A DNA stretch of 64,000 bases, from assembly GCF_963921235.1 (NCBI RefSeq), contig NC_086097.1:36334001-36398000 (forward strand), in the 5' to 3' direction. The position numbers and the translations under genes were made by a program. Of the stretch, positions 36,515 through 48,969 are shown piece by piece (the stretch's first letter is position 1; each line of letters begins with the position of its first letter). Under the pieces are notes generated by a model. It did no database searches. It was not told where the DNA came from and saw nothing but the letters and a program-made list of their open reading frames with translations. The stretch is from Mobula hypostoma (taxonomy: Eukaryota).

Positions 36515-39500
36515 AGACCATGACCATAAAATATAAGAGCAGAATTGGGCCCTATTTCATCATTTTTCCTCTCAGCCCCAATCTTTTGCCTTCTCCCGTA
36601 TCACTTCATGCCCTGACCAATCAAGAATCTTTCAATCTCTGCCTTAAATATACATAAAGACTTGGCCTCCACAGCTGCCTGGAGCAATGAATTTCACAGA
36701 TTTGCCACTCTCTGGCTAAAGAAATTCCTCTTCATCTCTATTCTAAAAGGATGCCCCTCTATTCTGAGACAGCGTCCTCTGGTCTTAGATTCTCCCTCTA
36801 TAGGGAACATCCTCTCCACATCCACTCTGTCAACCCTTTCACTATTCAATAGGTTTCAATGAGGTCACCCCTCATTCTTCTGAATTCTAGTGAATACAGG
36901 CCCAGAGCCGTCAGACGCTCTTCATATGACAAGTCATTCAATCCTGGAATCATTTTTGTGAATCTCATTTGAACTCTCTCCAGTTTCGGCACATCATTTT
37001 TAAGATTAGGGGCCCAACACTGCTCACAATACTCCAAGTGAGGCCTAATCAGTGCTTCATAAAGTCTCAAAATTATATCCTTGCTTTTATATTCTAGTCC
37101 TCTTCAAATGAATGCTGGCATCACATGTGCCTTCCTCACCACCGATTCAACCTGCAAATTAATCTTTAAGGAATCCTACACAAGGACTCCCCAGTCCCTT
37201 TTTGCACCTCAGATTTTCGTATTTTTCTCTCCATTTAGAAAGTAGTCAACCTTTCATTTTTTTCTGCCAAATTGCATGACCACACACTTCCTGACAATAT
37301 ATTCCATCTGCCACTTCTTTGCCCATTCTCCTAATCTGTCTAAGTCTTTCCGTAGCCTCTCCACATCCTGAAAACTACCTGCCCTCCACCTATCATCATA
37401 TTGTCTGAAAACTTTGCAACAAAGCCATCAATTCTATCATGCAAACCCTTAAAAGAATCGGTCCCAACACGGACCCCTGCAGAACACCACTACTCACCAG
37501 CAGCCAACCAGAAAAGGCTCCCTTTATTCTATTCTTTGCCAGTCAGCCACTGCTTTATCCATACTAGAATCCTTCCTGACATACCATGGGCTCGTAGCTT
37601 GTTAAGCAGCCTCCTGTGTGGCATCTTGTAAAAAGCCTTCTGAAAATCCAAGTACACAACATCAATCAATTCTCCTTTGTCTATCCTGCTTGTTATTTCT
37701 TCAATGAAGTCCAACAGAGTTGTCAAGCAAGATTTTCCCTTGAGAAACCATGCTGATTATGGCCTGTTTTTATCATGTGCCTCCAAGTATTCCAAAATCA
37801 CAACCTTAAATATCGACTCCAACATCTTTCCAATCACTGAGGTCAGACTAATTGGCCTATAATTTCCTTTCTTTTGCTTTTCTCCTTTCTTGAAGAGTGG
37901 AGTGACATTTGCAATTTTCCAGTCTTCCAGAACCTTCGGACCTTTCAGGTTCCTAAGAACCTTCTCTCTAGTTATAGTACCTTCACACATTTAATGACCT
38001 CTGGCTCCTGCTCGCATCTGCCACAGTGAAGACTGATGCAAAATACTTATTTAGTTCATCTGCCATTTCCTTGTTCCCTATTACTATCTCTCCAGCATCA
38101 TTTTCTAGTGATATAATATCCACTCTCTCCTCTCTTTTACTCTTTCTGTATCTAAAGAATCTTGTGCTATCCTCTTTAATATTATTGGCTAACGTGCTTT
38201 TGTATTCCATCTTTACCTTCTTAATGACTTTTTTAGTTGCCTTCTGTTGGTATTTAAAAGCTTTGCAATCCTCTAACTTCCCACTAATTTTTGCTTTATT
38301 ATACTGGGGGAAGCAACAGTGGCTATGCCTCTGGCATAGAGTCCAGCCCTATGGCTCAGAAGGGTAGGGAAAGGAAGAGGAAGGCAGTAGTGATAGGGGG
38401 CTCTACAGTTAGGGGGTCAGACAGGCGATTCTGTGGACACAGGAAAGAAACTCGGATGGTAGTTTGCCTCCCAGGTGCCAGAGTCCAGGATGTTTCCGAT
38501 CGCGTCCAAGATACCCTGCCGTGGGAGGGAGAACAGCCAGAGGTCGTGGTTCATATTGGTACCAATGACATAGGTAGGAAAGGGGAAGAGATCCTGAAAA
38601 AAGAGTACAGAGAGTTAGGAAGGAAGTTGAGAAGCAGGACCGCAAAGGTAGTAATCTCAGAATTACTGCCTGTGCCACGTGACAGTGAGAAGAGGAATAG
38701 AATGAGGCGGAGGATAATTGTGTGCATGAGGGAATGGAGCAGGGGGCAGTGGTTCAGATTTCTGGATCATTGGGACCTTTTTTGGGGCAGGTGTGACAGG
38801 TTGCACTTGAATCCCAGGGGGACCAATATCCTGGCGGGGAGGTTTGCTAAGGCTGCTGGGGAGAGTTTAAAATAGAATTGTTGAGGGGTGGGAACCGAAC
38901 TGAAGAGATTGGTGAAGAGGTGGTTGGCTCACAAATGGAGACAATGTGTGAGCAAGGACAGGCAGGTGATAGAGAAGGGACGCGCTCAGACCGACGGTTT
39001 GAGATGTGTCTATTTTAACGCAAAGGTCATTGTGAACAAAGCGGATGAGCCTAGAGTGTGGATCAGTACTTGGAGCTATGATGTGGTGGCCATTACAGAG
39101 ACTTGGATGGCTCAGGGACAGGAATGGTTGCTTCAATTGCCGGGTTTTAGATGTTTCAGAAAGGACAGGGAGGGAGGCAAAAGAGGTGGGGGCGTGGCAC
39201 TGTTGATCAGAGATAGTGTCACGGCTGCAGAAAAGGTGGACGTCATGGAGGGATTGTCTACGGAGTCTCTGTGGGTGGAGGTTAGGAACAGGAAGGGGTC
39301 AATAACTCTACTGGGTGTTTTTTATAGGCTGCCCAATAGTAGCAGGGATATCAAGGAGCAGATAGGGAAACAGATCCTGGAAAGTTGTAATAATAACAGA
39401 GTTGTCGTGATGGCAGATTTTAATTTCCCAAATATTGATTGGCATGTTTCTAGAGCGAGGGGTTTAGATGGGGTGGAGTTTGAAAGGTGTGTTCAGGAAG

Positions 39501-42221
39501 GTTTCTTGACACAATATGTAGATAAGCCTACAAGAGGAGAGACTGTACTTGGTTTGATATTGGGAAATGAACCTGGTCAGTTGTCAGCTCTCTCAGTGGG
39601 AGAGCATTTTGGAGATAGTGATCATAATTCTATCTCCTTTACAATAGCATTGGCGAGAGAGAGGAACAGACAAGTTAGAAAAGCATTTAATCGGAGTAAG
39701 GGGAATCATGAGTCTATCAGGCAGGAAATTGGAAGCTTAAATTGGGAACAGATGTTCACAGGGAAGTGTACGGAAGAAATGTGGCAAATGTTCAAGGGAT
39801 ATTTGTGTGGAGTTCCCCATAGGTACGTTCCAATGAGACAAGGAGATTATGATGGGGTACAGGAACCATAGTGTACAAATGCTGTAATAAATCTAGTCAA
39901 GGAGAAAAGAAAAGCTTACAAAAGGTTCAAAGAGCTAGGTAATGTTAGAGATCTAGAAGATTATAAGGCTAACAGGAAGGAGCTTGGAAAGGAAATTAGG
40001 AGAGCCAGAAGGGGCCATAAGAAGGCCTTGGCGGGCAAGATTAAGGAAGACCCCAAGGTATTCTACAAGTATGTGAAGAGCAAAAGGATAAGACCTATCA
40101 AGTGTGACAGTGGGAAAGTGTGTATAGAACCGAAGGAAATAGCAGAGGTACTTAATGAATACTTTACTTCAGTATTCACAATAGAGAAGGATCTTGGTGA
40201 TTGTAGTGATGACTTGCAGCGGACTGAAAAGCTTGAGCATGCAGGTATTAAGAAAGAGGATGTGCTGGAGCTTTTGGAAAGCATCAAGTTGGATAAGTCA
40301 CTGGGACCGGATGAGATGTACCCCGGGCTACTGTGGGGTGCGAGGGAGGAGATTGCTGAGTCTCTGGCGATGATCTTTGAATCATCAATGCGGACGGGAG
40401 AGGTTCCGGAGGATTGGAGGGTTGTGGATATTGTTCCTTCATTCAAGAAAGGGAGCAGAGATAGCCCAGGAAATTATAGACCAGTGAGTCTTACTTCAGT
40501 GGTTGGTAAGTTGATGGAGAAGATCCTGAGAGGCAGGATTTATGAACATTTGGAGAGGTATAATATGATTAGGAATAGTCAGCATGGCTTTGTCAAGGGC
40601 AGGTCGTGTCTTATGAGCCTGATTGAATTTTTTGAGGATGTGATGAAGGAAGAGCAGTAGATATAGTGTATATGGATTTCAGCAAGGCATTTAATAAGGT
40701 ACCCCATGCCAGGCTTATTGAGAAAGTAAGGAGACATGGGATCCAAGGAGACCTTGCTTTGTGGATCCAGCACTGGCTTGCCCCCAGAAGGCAATGAGTG
40801 GTTGTAGACGGGTCATGTTCTGCATGGAGGTCGGTGACCAGTGGTGTGCCTCAGGGATCTGTTCTGCGACCCTTACTCTTTGTGATTTTTATAAATGACC
40901 TGGATGAGGACGTGGAGGGATGGGTTAGTATGTTTGCTGATGACACAAAGGTTGGGGGTGCTGTGGATAGTGTGGAGGGCTGTCAGAGGTTACAGCGGGA
41001 CATTGATAGGATGCAAAACTGGGCTGAGAAGTGGCAGATGGAATTCAACCCAGATAAGTGTGAAGTGCTTCATTTTGGTAGGTCAAATATGATGGCCGAA
41101 TATAGTATTAATGGTAAGACTCTTGGCAGTGTGGAGGATCAGAGGGATCTTGGTATCTGAGTCCATAGGACGCTCAAAGCAGCTGCGCAGGTTGACTCTG
41201 TGGTTAAGAAGGCATACGATGTATTGGCCTTCATTAATTGTGGAATTGAATACAGGAGTCGAGAGGTAATGTTGTAGCTATATAGGACCCTGGTCAGACC
41301 CCATTGGAGTACTGTGCTCAGTTCTGTTCGCCTCACTACAGGAAGGATGTGGGAACCACAGAAAGGGTGCAGAGGAGATTTACAAGGATGTTGCCTGGAT
41401 TGGGGAGCATGCCTTATGACAACAGGTTGAGTGAACTCAACCTTTTCTTCTTGGAGCGACAGAGGATGAGAGGTGACCTGATAGAGGTGTATAAGATGAT
41501 GAGAGGCATTGATCGTGTGGATAGTCAGAGGCTTTTTCTCAGGGCTGAAATGGCTGCCACAAGAGGACACCGGTTTAAGGTGCTGGGGAGTAGGTACAGA
41601 GGAGATGTCAGGGGTAAGTTTTTTACTCAGAGAGTGGTGAGTGCGTGGAATGGGCTGCTGGTAATGGTGATGGAAGTGGAATCAATAGGGTCTTTTAAAA
41701 GACTTCTGGATAGGTACATGGAGCTTAGAAAAATAGAGGGCTGTGGGTAAGCCAAGTAATTTCTAAGGTAGGGATATGTTTGGCCCAAATTTGTGGGCCA
41801 AAGGGCCTGTATTGTGCTGTAGGTTTTCTATGTTTCTATGTTTCTATATGCCCTCTCTTTGGCTTTTATGTTGGCTTTGACTTCTCTTGTTAGACATGAC
41901 TGTGTCATCTTATCTTTAGAATAGTTCTTCCTCTTTGGGATGTATATATCCTGTGTTCTCTGAGGTGCTTCCAGAAATTCCAGCCACTGCTGCTCTGTCT
42001 CATCCCTGTCAGTGTCCTTTTCCAATTAATTCTGGCCAATAGCTCTCTTAAAACTCTATAATTCCCTTTACTCCGCTGTAATACTGAAACATCTGTAGAC
42101 CACATCCTTACTACTGTTTGGGGGTCTGTATACATCTCCTATCAGAGTCTTTTTTGCCCTTGTAGTTCCTTCACTCTATCCAGACTGATTCTATACCTTC
42201 CATCCCTTATGTCACCTCTTT
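36515..42221 (-). mobile_element. CR1 LINE host copy, split by a plus-strand CR1 at 38304-41848
   Basis: ORFs 36846-37070, 37529-37726, 37757-38210 and 41828-42135; host sequence tttgctttattata|tgccctctc is continuous across the insertion. Confidence 0.92.
38304..41848 (+). mobile_element. CR1 LINE with ORF1 SGNH-esterase part and decayed ORF2
   Basis: ORF1 AVVIGGS...VVVHIGTNDIG...LHLN; ORF2 EN 38888-39871 and RT 40028-41750; (tttctatg)n tail; tata duplication at 38300-38303 and 41845-41848. Confidence 0.95.
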
Positions 42222-42782
42222 TTAATGATTTGGTCCCACAGTCACATGTAGAGTAAGGGGTTGAGGTGCACCAGTGTGTAGAATTTGGAAATGGCTCAAC
42301 AGAGTAAATAGTACCTTCCAATAAGTGTGGATATAAGTTGAACATGACACTTTTTTATGAATTCCAATCACAATTATTCCAATGTTTTCTTTTGGATTTG
42401 TTTGGTGAATAAGATGCTGAATGTTCATTGATGAGCCTGAAGACTGGGAGCTAAAAATGCATTTTGAGTTTGCCAATCCCCAGAAGACATGACAAGCTTC
42501 CCAGTCTTCCAAATTCTGCGCGTTGGGAGGTAGTACAAGTCCAGGCAAACTGACCTGAAGATCTTAGATATGTAGTATGACGATAACAACTTAATAAGGA
42601 TATAATTTTTGACGTTAAACAAACTCTAGCACAGGCCACAATCTGAACAGCGAATGTGCACAAAAATAAGATGTCAGAGGAAAATACTTTAAAAATTAAT
42701 TATTTTCACTGGGTAAGCACTTTTTCATTAGGTGCCCCATGCTAACATTCTAAACATTCCCAAACAGGAGCCCTTGCCCCAT

Positions 42783-43016
42783 GGGGTGGCATGGTAGTGC
42801 AGCAGTTAGAGTAACACCGTTACAGTGCCAGGGACATGGGTTCAATTCCTGCCTCTGTCTGCAGGGAGTTTGTACGTTCTCTCTGTGATTGAGTGAGTTT
42901 CTTGTTGGTGCTTCGGTTTCCTCCCACAATCTAAAGACACATGGTTGAGAGGCAAGGTCTCATCGGGCCGGAATGGCCTGTAACTGTGCTGTGTCTCCAA
43001 ATAAAAATAAAATAAA
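42783..43016 (+). mobile_element. tRNA-derived V-domain SINE with CR1-like 3' tail
   Basis: A/B-box-like head (tggtagtgcagcagttag...gggttcaattcc), V-domain, tail gggccggaatggcctgtaactgtgctgt and an (aaat)-rich end. Confidence 0.85.
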
Positions 43017-43058
43017 TTACAAGGAAACCCCAGTGCCAGTACACTATCATTTTATATT

Positions 43059-43665
43059 ACGCAAACACGAGGAAATCTGCAGATGCTGGAATTTCAAGCA
43101 ACACACATAAAAGTTGCTGGTGAACGCAGCAGGCCAGGCAGCATCTCTAGGAAGAGGTACAGTTGACATTTTGGGCTGAGACCCTTCGTCAGGACTAACT
43201 CAAAGAAGAGCTAGTAAGAGATTTGAAAGTGAGAGGGGAAGGGGGAGATCCAAAATGATAGGAGAAGACAGGAGGGGGAGGGATGGAGCCAAGAGCTGGA
43301 CAGGTGATTGGCAAAAGGGATATGAGAGGTTCATGGGACAGGAGGCCGAGGGAGAAAGAAAAGGGGGAGGGGGGGCAAGGGGTATAGTGAGAGGGACAGA
43401 GGGAGAAAAAGGAGAGAGAGGAAAAGAATGTGTGTATATAGATAAATAACGGATGGGGTACGAGGGGGAGGTGGGGCATTAGCGGAAGTCTGAGAAGTCA
43501 ATGTTCATGCCATCAGGTTGGATGCTACCCAGACGGAATATAAGGTGTTGTTCCTCCAACCTGAGTGTGACTTCATCTTTACAGTGGAGGAGGCCGTGGA
43601 TAGACATATCAGAATGGGAATGGGACGTGGAATTAAAATGTGTGGCCACTGGGAGATCCTGCTTT
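43059..43665 (-). mobile_element. Penelope-like 3' fragment
   Basis: ORF 43479-43670 (VATHFNS...LRLEEQHLIFRLG...DGMNIDFS); decayed hammerhead at 43161-43196. Confidence 0.92.
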
Positions 43666-43689
43666 ATCATTTCATATTATCTATTTTAT

Positions 43690-43950
43690 TTAGAGATACA
43701 GCACAGAATAATGGTTGCCCAATGGTCACTGCCCAGTAACCCACATATTTAATCCTAGCCTAATCACAGGACATTTACAATCACTGATTAACCTACTAAT
43801 TGGTATGTCTTTGAACTGTGGAAGGAAGCCAAAGCACTTGGAGGCACCCACACCCTTACAAGAACACACAAACTTCCTACAGACAGTGCCAAACTTCAAC
43901 TCTCGAATGCTCCGACCTGCAATAGCATTTCACTAATGCTGCACTACTGT
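43690..43950 (-). mobile_element. V-domain SINE, decayed
   Basis: Reverse-complement V-domain (gtatgtctttgaactgtggaaggaagccaaagcac...acaaacttcctacagac). Confidence 0.7.
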
Positions 43951-44508
43951 TTTAATCTTGTAGGTGCTGATGCCAGCTCCTATAAAGGTGTGTTGTACAA
44001 TCCAGTAAGTTAAGCTGCTTCAAAAATAAGTTAATTATTGATTAATCATAATCAAGTTTATTCTCACGGCCTTATATGATGTGAAATTTGTTGTTTTGCA
44101 GCAGCAGTACAAGATTCAAGATTCATGATTTATTTATTATGAAAGAACGTTAAAATTGTACAACCTTGAGATTTGCTTGCACACAGATAGCCACAAAGCA
44201 AGAAACCCAAAAGAACCTATTTAGAGAAAAAAAAGAATAAAAATAAAAAATGAAAGACCAACCCTCGATGCGCAAGAGAGAAAAAAATACAAAGCATGCA
44301 AACAATTGAAGCGAGCAACAGCATTCTGAACCAAAATTGAGGCCTCAGATCTGAACCCCAGAGAAGGCTCAAGGCCTCACTTATCAGTTCATCAGGCATG
44401 GTGCACAGCAGCCGGGGCAGTCTTCATAGCCTTAGCAGCATGGAGATAGCCATCACAGAGAACAAGCGAAATCTGATCTTGCCTCTGATCCCAACACCCT
44501 GTCTTTTC

Positions 44509-44635
44509 ACAAACAAGAGAAAATCTGCAGATGCTGAAAATCCAAGCAACGCATACAAAATGCTGGAGGAACTCAGCAGGTCAGGCAGTATTAATAGAAA
44601 AGAACAGTCGACGTCTCGGGCCAAAACTCTTCAGC
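44509..44635 (-). mobile_element. Penelope terminal-repeat fragment
   Basis: aaatctgcagatgctg...tgctggaggaactcagcaggtcaggcag...cagtcgacgtctcgggcc, matching 33997-34126. Confidence 0.85.
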
Positions 44636-45029
44636 GTCCATCAGGTCCATGTCAACTCCAGCAGAGGTATCTCATTAGTCCCCTTTTTCTATTGGTTTCC
44701 CTGTGGTTTTTCCAGTGATTTTGTTTTCCCTCCAACATATCCATCAATTCCCTGCTGGATAAACAAGAGGCCCCAGACACCAGAATCTGAAGTAACTGTC
44801 TGCTGAAGTAACTCTGCAGTTTAAGCAGCACCTGTCATTCTTTTAAATGTCAGACAGTAGATAACAAACTTCCTTAATCTTTTCTAATATGAAATCATAG
44901 CAATCAATCTTGCTGCACTGGCAGTGTAGTTACATATCATTCCTCAAGTTGAGAGACTAAAGTTGCACCCAGTATTCAAATGTACACACCGAAGCTCTGT
45001 ACAACGTTAGCAACACCTCTTTATTTTAC

Positions 45030-45485
45030 TACAGTCCAGTGGATCTGACATCTACCATGGTGATGTGCTTCAGGAAGCTGGTCAGGGCATGCATCAACTC
45101 CAGCCTCCCAGACAGCCTCAACCCACTGAAATTTGCCTACCACTGGAACAGCTCTACGATGAACACCATGATCTCCCTGACCTTACACTCCTTTCTGGAG
45201 CATCCGAACAGTAAAGACACCTACGTCAGACAATTGTTTATTGATTACAACTCCTCATTCAATGCTTTTACTCCAGACAAACATATCACCAACCTCCGGA
45301 CCTTGGAAGTCAATGCCACTCTCTGCAACTGGATCCTTGTTTTCTTGACCAACAGAACTCAATCAGCAAGTACAGGCAGCAATACTTCTGCCAGAATTAT
45401 TCTAAACACCGGAACTCCACAATGTTGCGCAGCACGCTACTCTACTCCCCGTACGCCTATGACTGAGCGGCCAGATTCTGCGTGA
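45030..45485 (+). mobile_element. Rex1/Babar-type RT fragment
   Basis: VMCFRKLV...LNPLKFAY...YVRQLFIDYNSSFN...CNWILVFLTNRTQ...NTGTPQ. Confidence 0.85.
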
Positions 45486-45999
45486 AAACCTTGGATCAAG
45501 TTGATTTAATGTCCAGAATAATGGAAAATAATCTAAGCTCCCTTTCACATTCACTGTCCAGCAATGTTTGCTGAGTGGATAAGTGTGAACGTTAGATGAA
45601 AATAGGTTTGTATTTGTTCAGTGGCTATAAAGTCTGCCGACATCCACTGTGAAAAATAACTACATCAAAGTATAGCGAATGAAGTATCAGAAGGAAATTA
45701 ATATCTGTGAAATTAAACCTAGCAAAGAGTTAAGTCTTGAAAGGAAATGTGGTTGGGATGAGTGGAGAAACATAGGCGTTTTGAGGACTACTGTATAAGG
45801 CTAGCTCTTGAATGTGAAAATAATTCAAATCATGCCCTTCCATTTCTCACTACTGTCATATTAACAAGATTTATGCTCAGGGCACATGATAAAACCTCAT
45901 TCCAAGCTGACACAGAGAGTCAGAATTTACTGCTCTCAGTTCAGATAGTGTACAAAGTTCATTACAAAGCCTTAAGTAAATTTCACACTTCAGTTTTCG

Positions 46000-47380
46000 G
46001 AGTTCAAAGTTTAAAGTGAAATTTATTATCAGAGTGCATACAGGTCACCACATACAACCCTGAGATTCTTTTTCTGCAGGCATACTCAGCAAATTTATAA
46101 AACAGTAACTGTAAACAGGACCTGTAAACGATAAACATCACGAACTGTAAACTGTCAACAAACTGTGTAAATGCTGATAATAAATAAATAACAATAATTA
46201 ATGAGCATGAAATTGCAAGATAAAAAGAGTCCTTAAATAAGTGTAGCTATCCCCTTTTGTTCAAGAGCCTGATGGTTGAGGGGTAGTAACTGTTCTTGAA
46301 CCTGGTGGTGTGAGCCCTGAGGCTCTTGTACCTTCTACCTGATGGTAGCAGCGAGAAAAGAGCCTGGCCTGGGTGGTGAGGATCTTTGATGATGGATGCT
46401 GCTTTTCTACAGCAATGTTTCATGTAGATGTGCTCAATGGTTGAGAGGATTTTAGCAATGATGTACTGGGCCAAATCCATTACCTTTTATTGGATTTTCT
46501 GCTCAAGGGCATTGGTGTTCCCATACCAGGCCATACTGCAGCCAGTCAGCACACTTCCCACCACACATCTGTAGAAGTTTGCCAAGTTTTTGATGACATG
46601 CTAAGTCTCTGCGGATTCCTGAGGAAGTAGAGGCACTGTCATGCTTTCTTTGCAATTATTTAATGAGTTCAGGACAGATCCTCAGGGATAGTGACACCCA
46701 GGAATTTAAGGTTACTAATTCTCTCCACCTCTGATCCTCAGATGATTACTGACTCATTGACTTCTGGTTTCCCTCTCCTGAAGTCTACTATTACTTCCTT
46801 AGTCTTATCAACATTAAGTGAGAGTTTATTGTTATTCCACTACCCAGGCAAATTTTTAATCTTCCTCCTGTATGCTGATTCATCGCCACCTTTGGTACGG
46901 CCCACAACAGTGGTGTCATCAGCAAACTTGTATATGGTGCTGGAGCTGTACTTAGCCACACAATCATAGTTGTAAAGTGAGTAGAGCAGGGAGCTAAGTA
47001 CACATCCCTGCAGAGCTCCTGTGCTGATAGAGATTGTGGAGGAGATGTTTTTGCCAATCTGAACTGACTGGGGTCAGCAAATGAGGAAATCCAGGATCCA
47101 AATGCACAAAGGGGTATTGAGGCCAAGGTCTTGGAGTTTCCCGATTAGTCTTAAAGGATGATGGTATTGAATGCTGAGCTGTAATTGATAAAGAGTATCC
47201 TGAGGTATCCATCTTTGCTGTCCAGATGTTCCAAGATTGTGTGAAGAGCCAACAAGATAGCATCTGCTGTAGACCTTTAGCTTTGCTAGGCGAATTGGAG
47301 CAGAGCCAAGTCCCCATTCAGATAGGAGATGATATGCTTTAATACCAGCCTCTCAAAATTCTTCATCACTGTGGATGTAG
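46000..47380 (-). mobile_element. Rex1/Babar-type LINE, 5'-truncated
   Basis: VMKNFERLVL...LQFA, KFADDTT region, HPGQALFSLLPSGRRY...RFKNSYYPSTIRLLN; AATAAA and a short tandem tail near 46010. Confidence 0.9.
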
Positions 47381-48969
47381 GGACCCCTGGGCAATAACCA
47401 ATGTGCCATTGAGGCAAAATATTCCGGTAAAACCAATTAAATTTTACTCCTTTCAAGCAATTTGTTCTGTTAAGTAAGTTCAGACACTTGCAATAATTCC
47501 ACATCATTTATTTAAAATGATATTTTTTCCACTGATCATTCTCCCCAGAGGATGGTAATTCATGCTAGGGATAATGTTTCTCAAATATTTCAAGTGAGAA
47601 AATGAGAATGGGTGTAAATGGGAGTCAATTTGTATGTCATTCTAAAGCTGATTGGAAAGATTTTGAATTTGTCTGGTATGGTTGATGCATATATATCCAA
47701 TCATTCATATTATAATGGAATTAAATGCAAAGAGGCCAAGTGACCCATCACATATGCCAAAGGTCTTTTCACTGTGGCACACATTTCTGCTTTCTCTCCG
47801 CAGACCTCTCAGTTTTAAATCTAATTACCTCTGAAAGGTATATTGAATTTGTGATCTGCACCAAAATGAGACAGTGACCCAAACCCTAAGTAATGTCATT
47901 ATAGTCCACAAACTTCTGCTATATTTTTCCCTAAAATCTGTCGCTCCTGGTCACTTTTCATTCACCCTGCAGAATTAGTTTCTCCATCTTTACACTATTG
48001 AAACTTCTCAATTTTGAACAGCTCTTCTCCATCTACATTCTACCATAGTCTTCTCTCATGAGTTTTGCTTGAATGTAAACAGCGCTATCAGAAGCCATGT
48101 GCCATTCTTTTATCTATAGGTCCCCTCAAGTCACACACGCATTTGTATGTAATGCATCATATTGAACTGGCAACAGATCACTCCATAGTAGTAAGATATG
48201 GATTTCCAAACCTGTAGTTTTCTGAATCAACTGTTTGGATATAATGAAGAGCTGAGGAAGGTCTGAACATCTCACCATGCAGAGAGCAAGTAGAATAAAG
48301 GAAACGTTACCTCAGGTCTCTCTGTATCACTTCATGTTATTGACAGTGAATAGAAGATCACAAGTCTGGAAACACTCCATTTATGCAGGTGTGAAAATTG
48401 TGCATAAAAGCAGCTTTAGGCATGGTATATTGTGGTATTAGTCACTTCTGGGTACTTCACAATAGTTAATTGGCCCAGGCACTTCCATGTGCAATTTACC
48501 TCAAACATCTTGCACTTCACAGTGACTGGGAGCCAATCAGGTAAGATGATAGCCTGCCTGAAGTTCTGTATATCAATAGGTTAACCCCTCCTCAGGTTTT
48601 CCTTCACTTTCTGGGTCAACATGTCTCATCTTAGAGCATGAATCCGTGTGCAAAGACCACTGAACTTTTAATGGATTTCTGCTGAGTTTCACAACTTTTT
48701 CCAGGTTGTTGGAGCAGCCACTGTGTAAGTTTAATATGTTTAAAGAAGTTGAAATCCATCCTTCACACAATGATATTATTTAGTCCATGGAGGAAGCTTG
48801 TCTTGTTGCCCTGCTTTAGCAATTAAAGTCAAATAATTTATGAAGACTTTGTCAATCTCATGACTGCCCAGTAAGTTTGTATAATTATGTCATTTCATCT
48901 GAATCAGCTATGACTCATGACTAACTGGGAATTCATTTGCATTGGGATTGAACTTCTGAACTATCAGTG

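Noticed and set aside
42783..42860. tRNA gene
   Set aside because: The tRNA-like head runs directly into a SINE V-domain and does not form a full cloverleaf.
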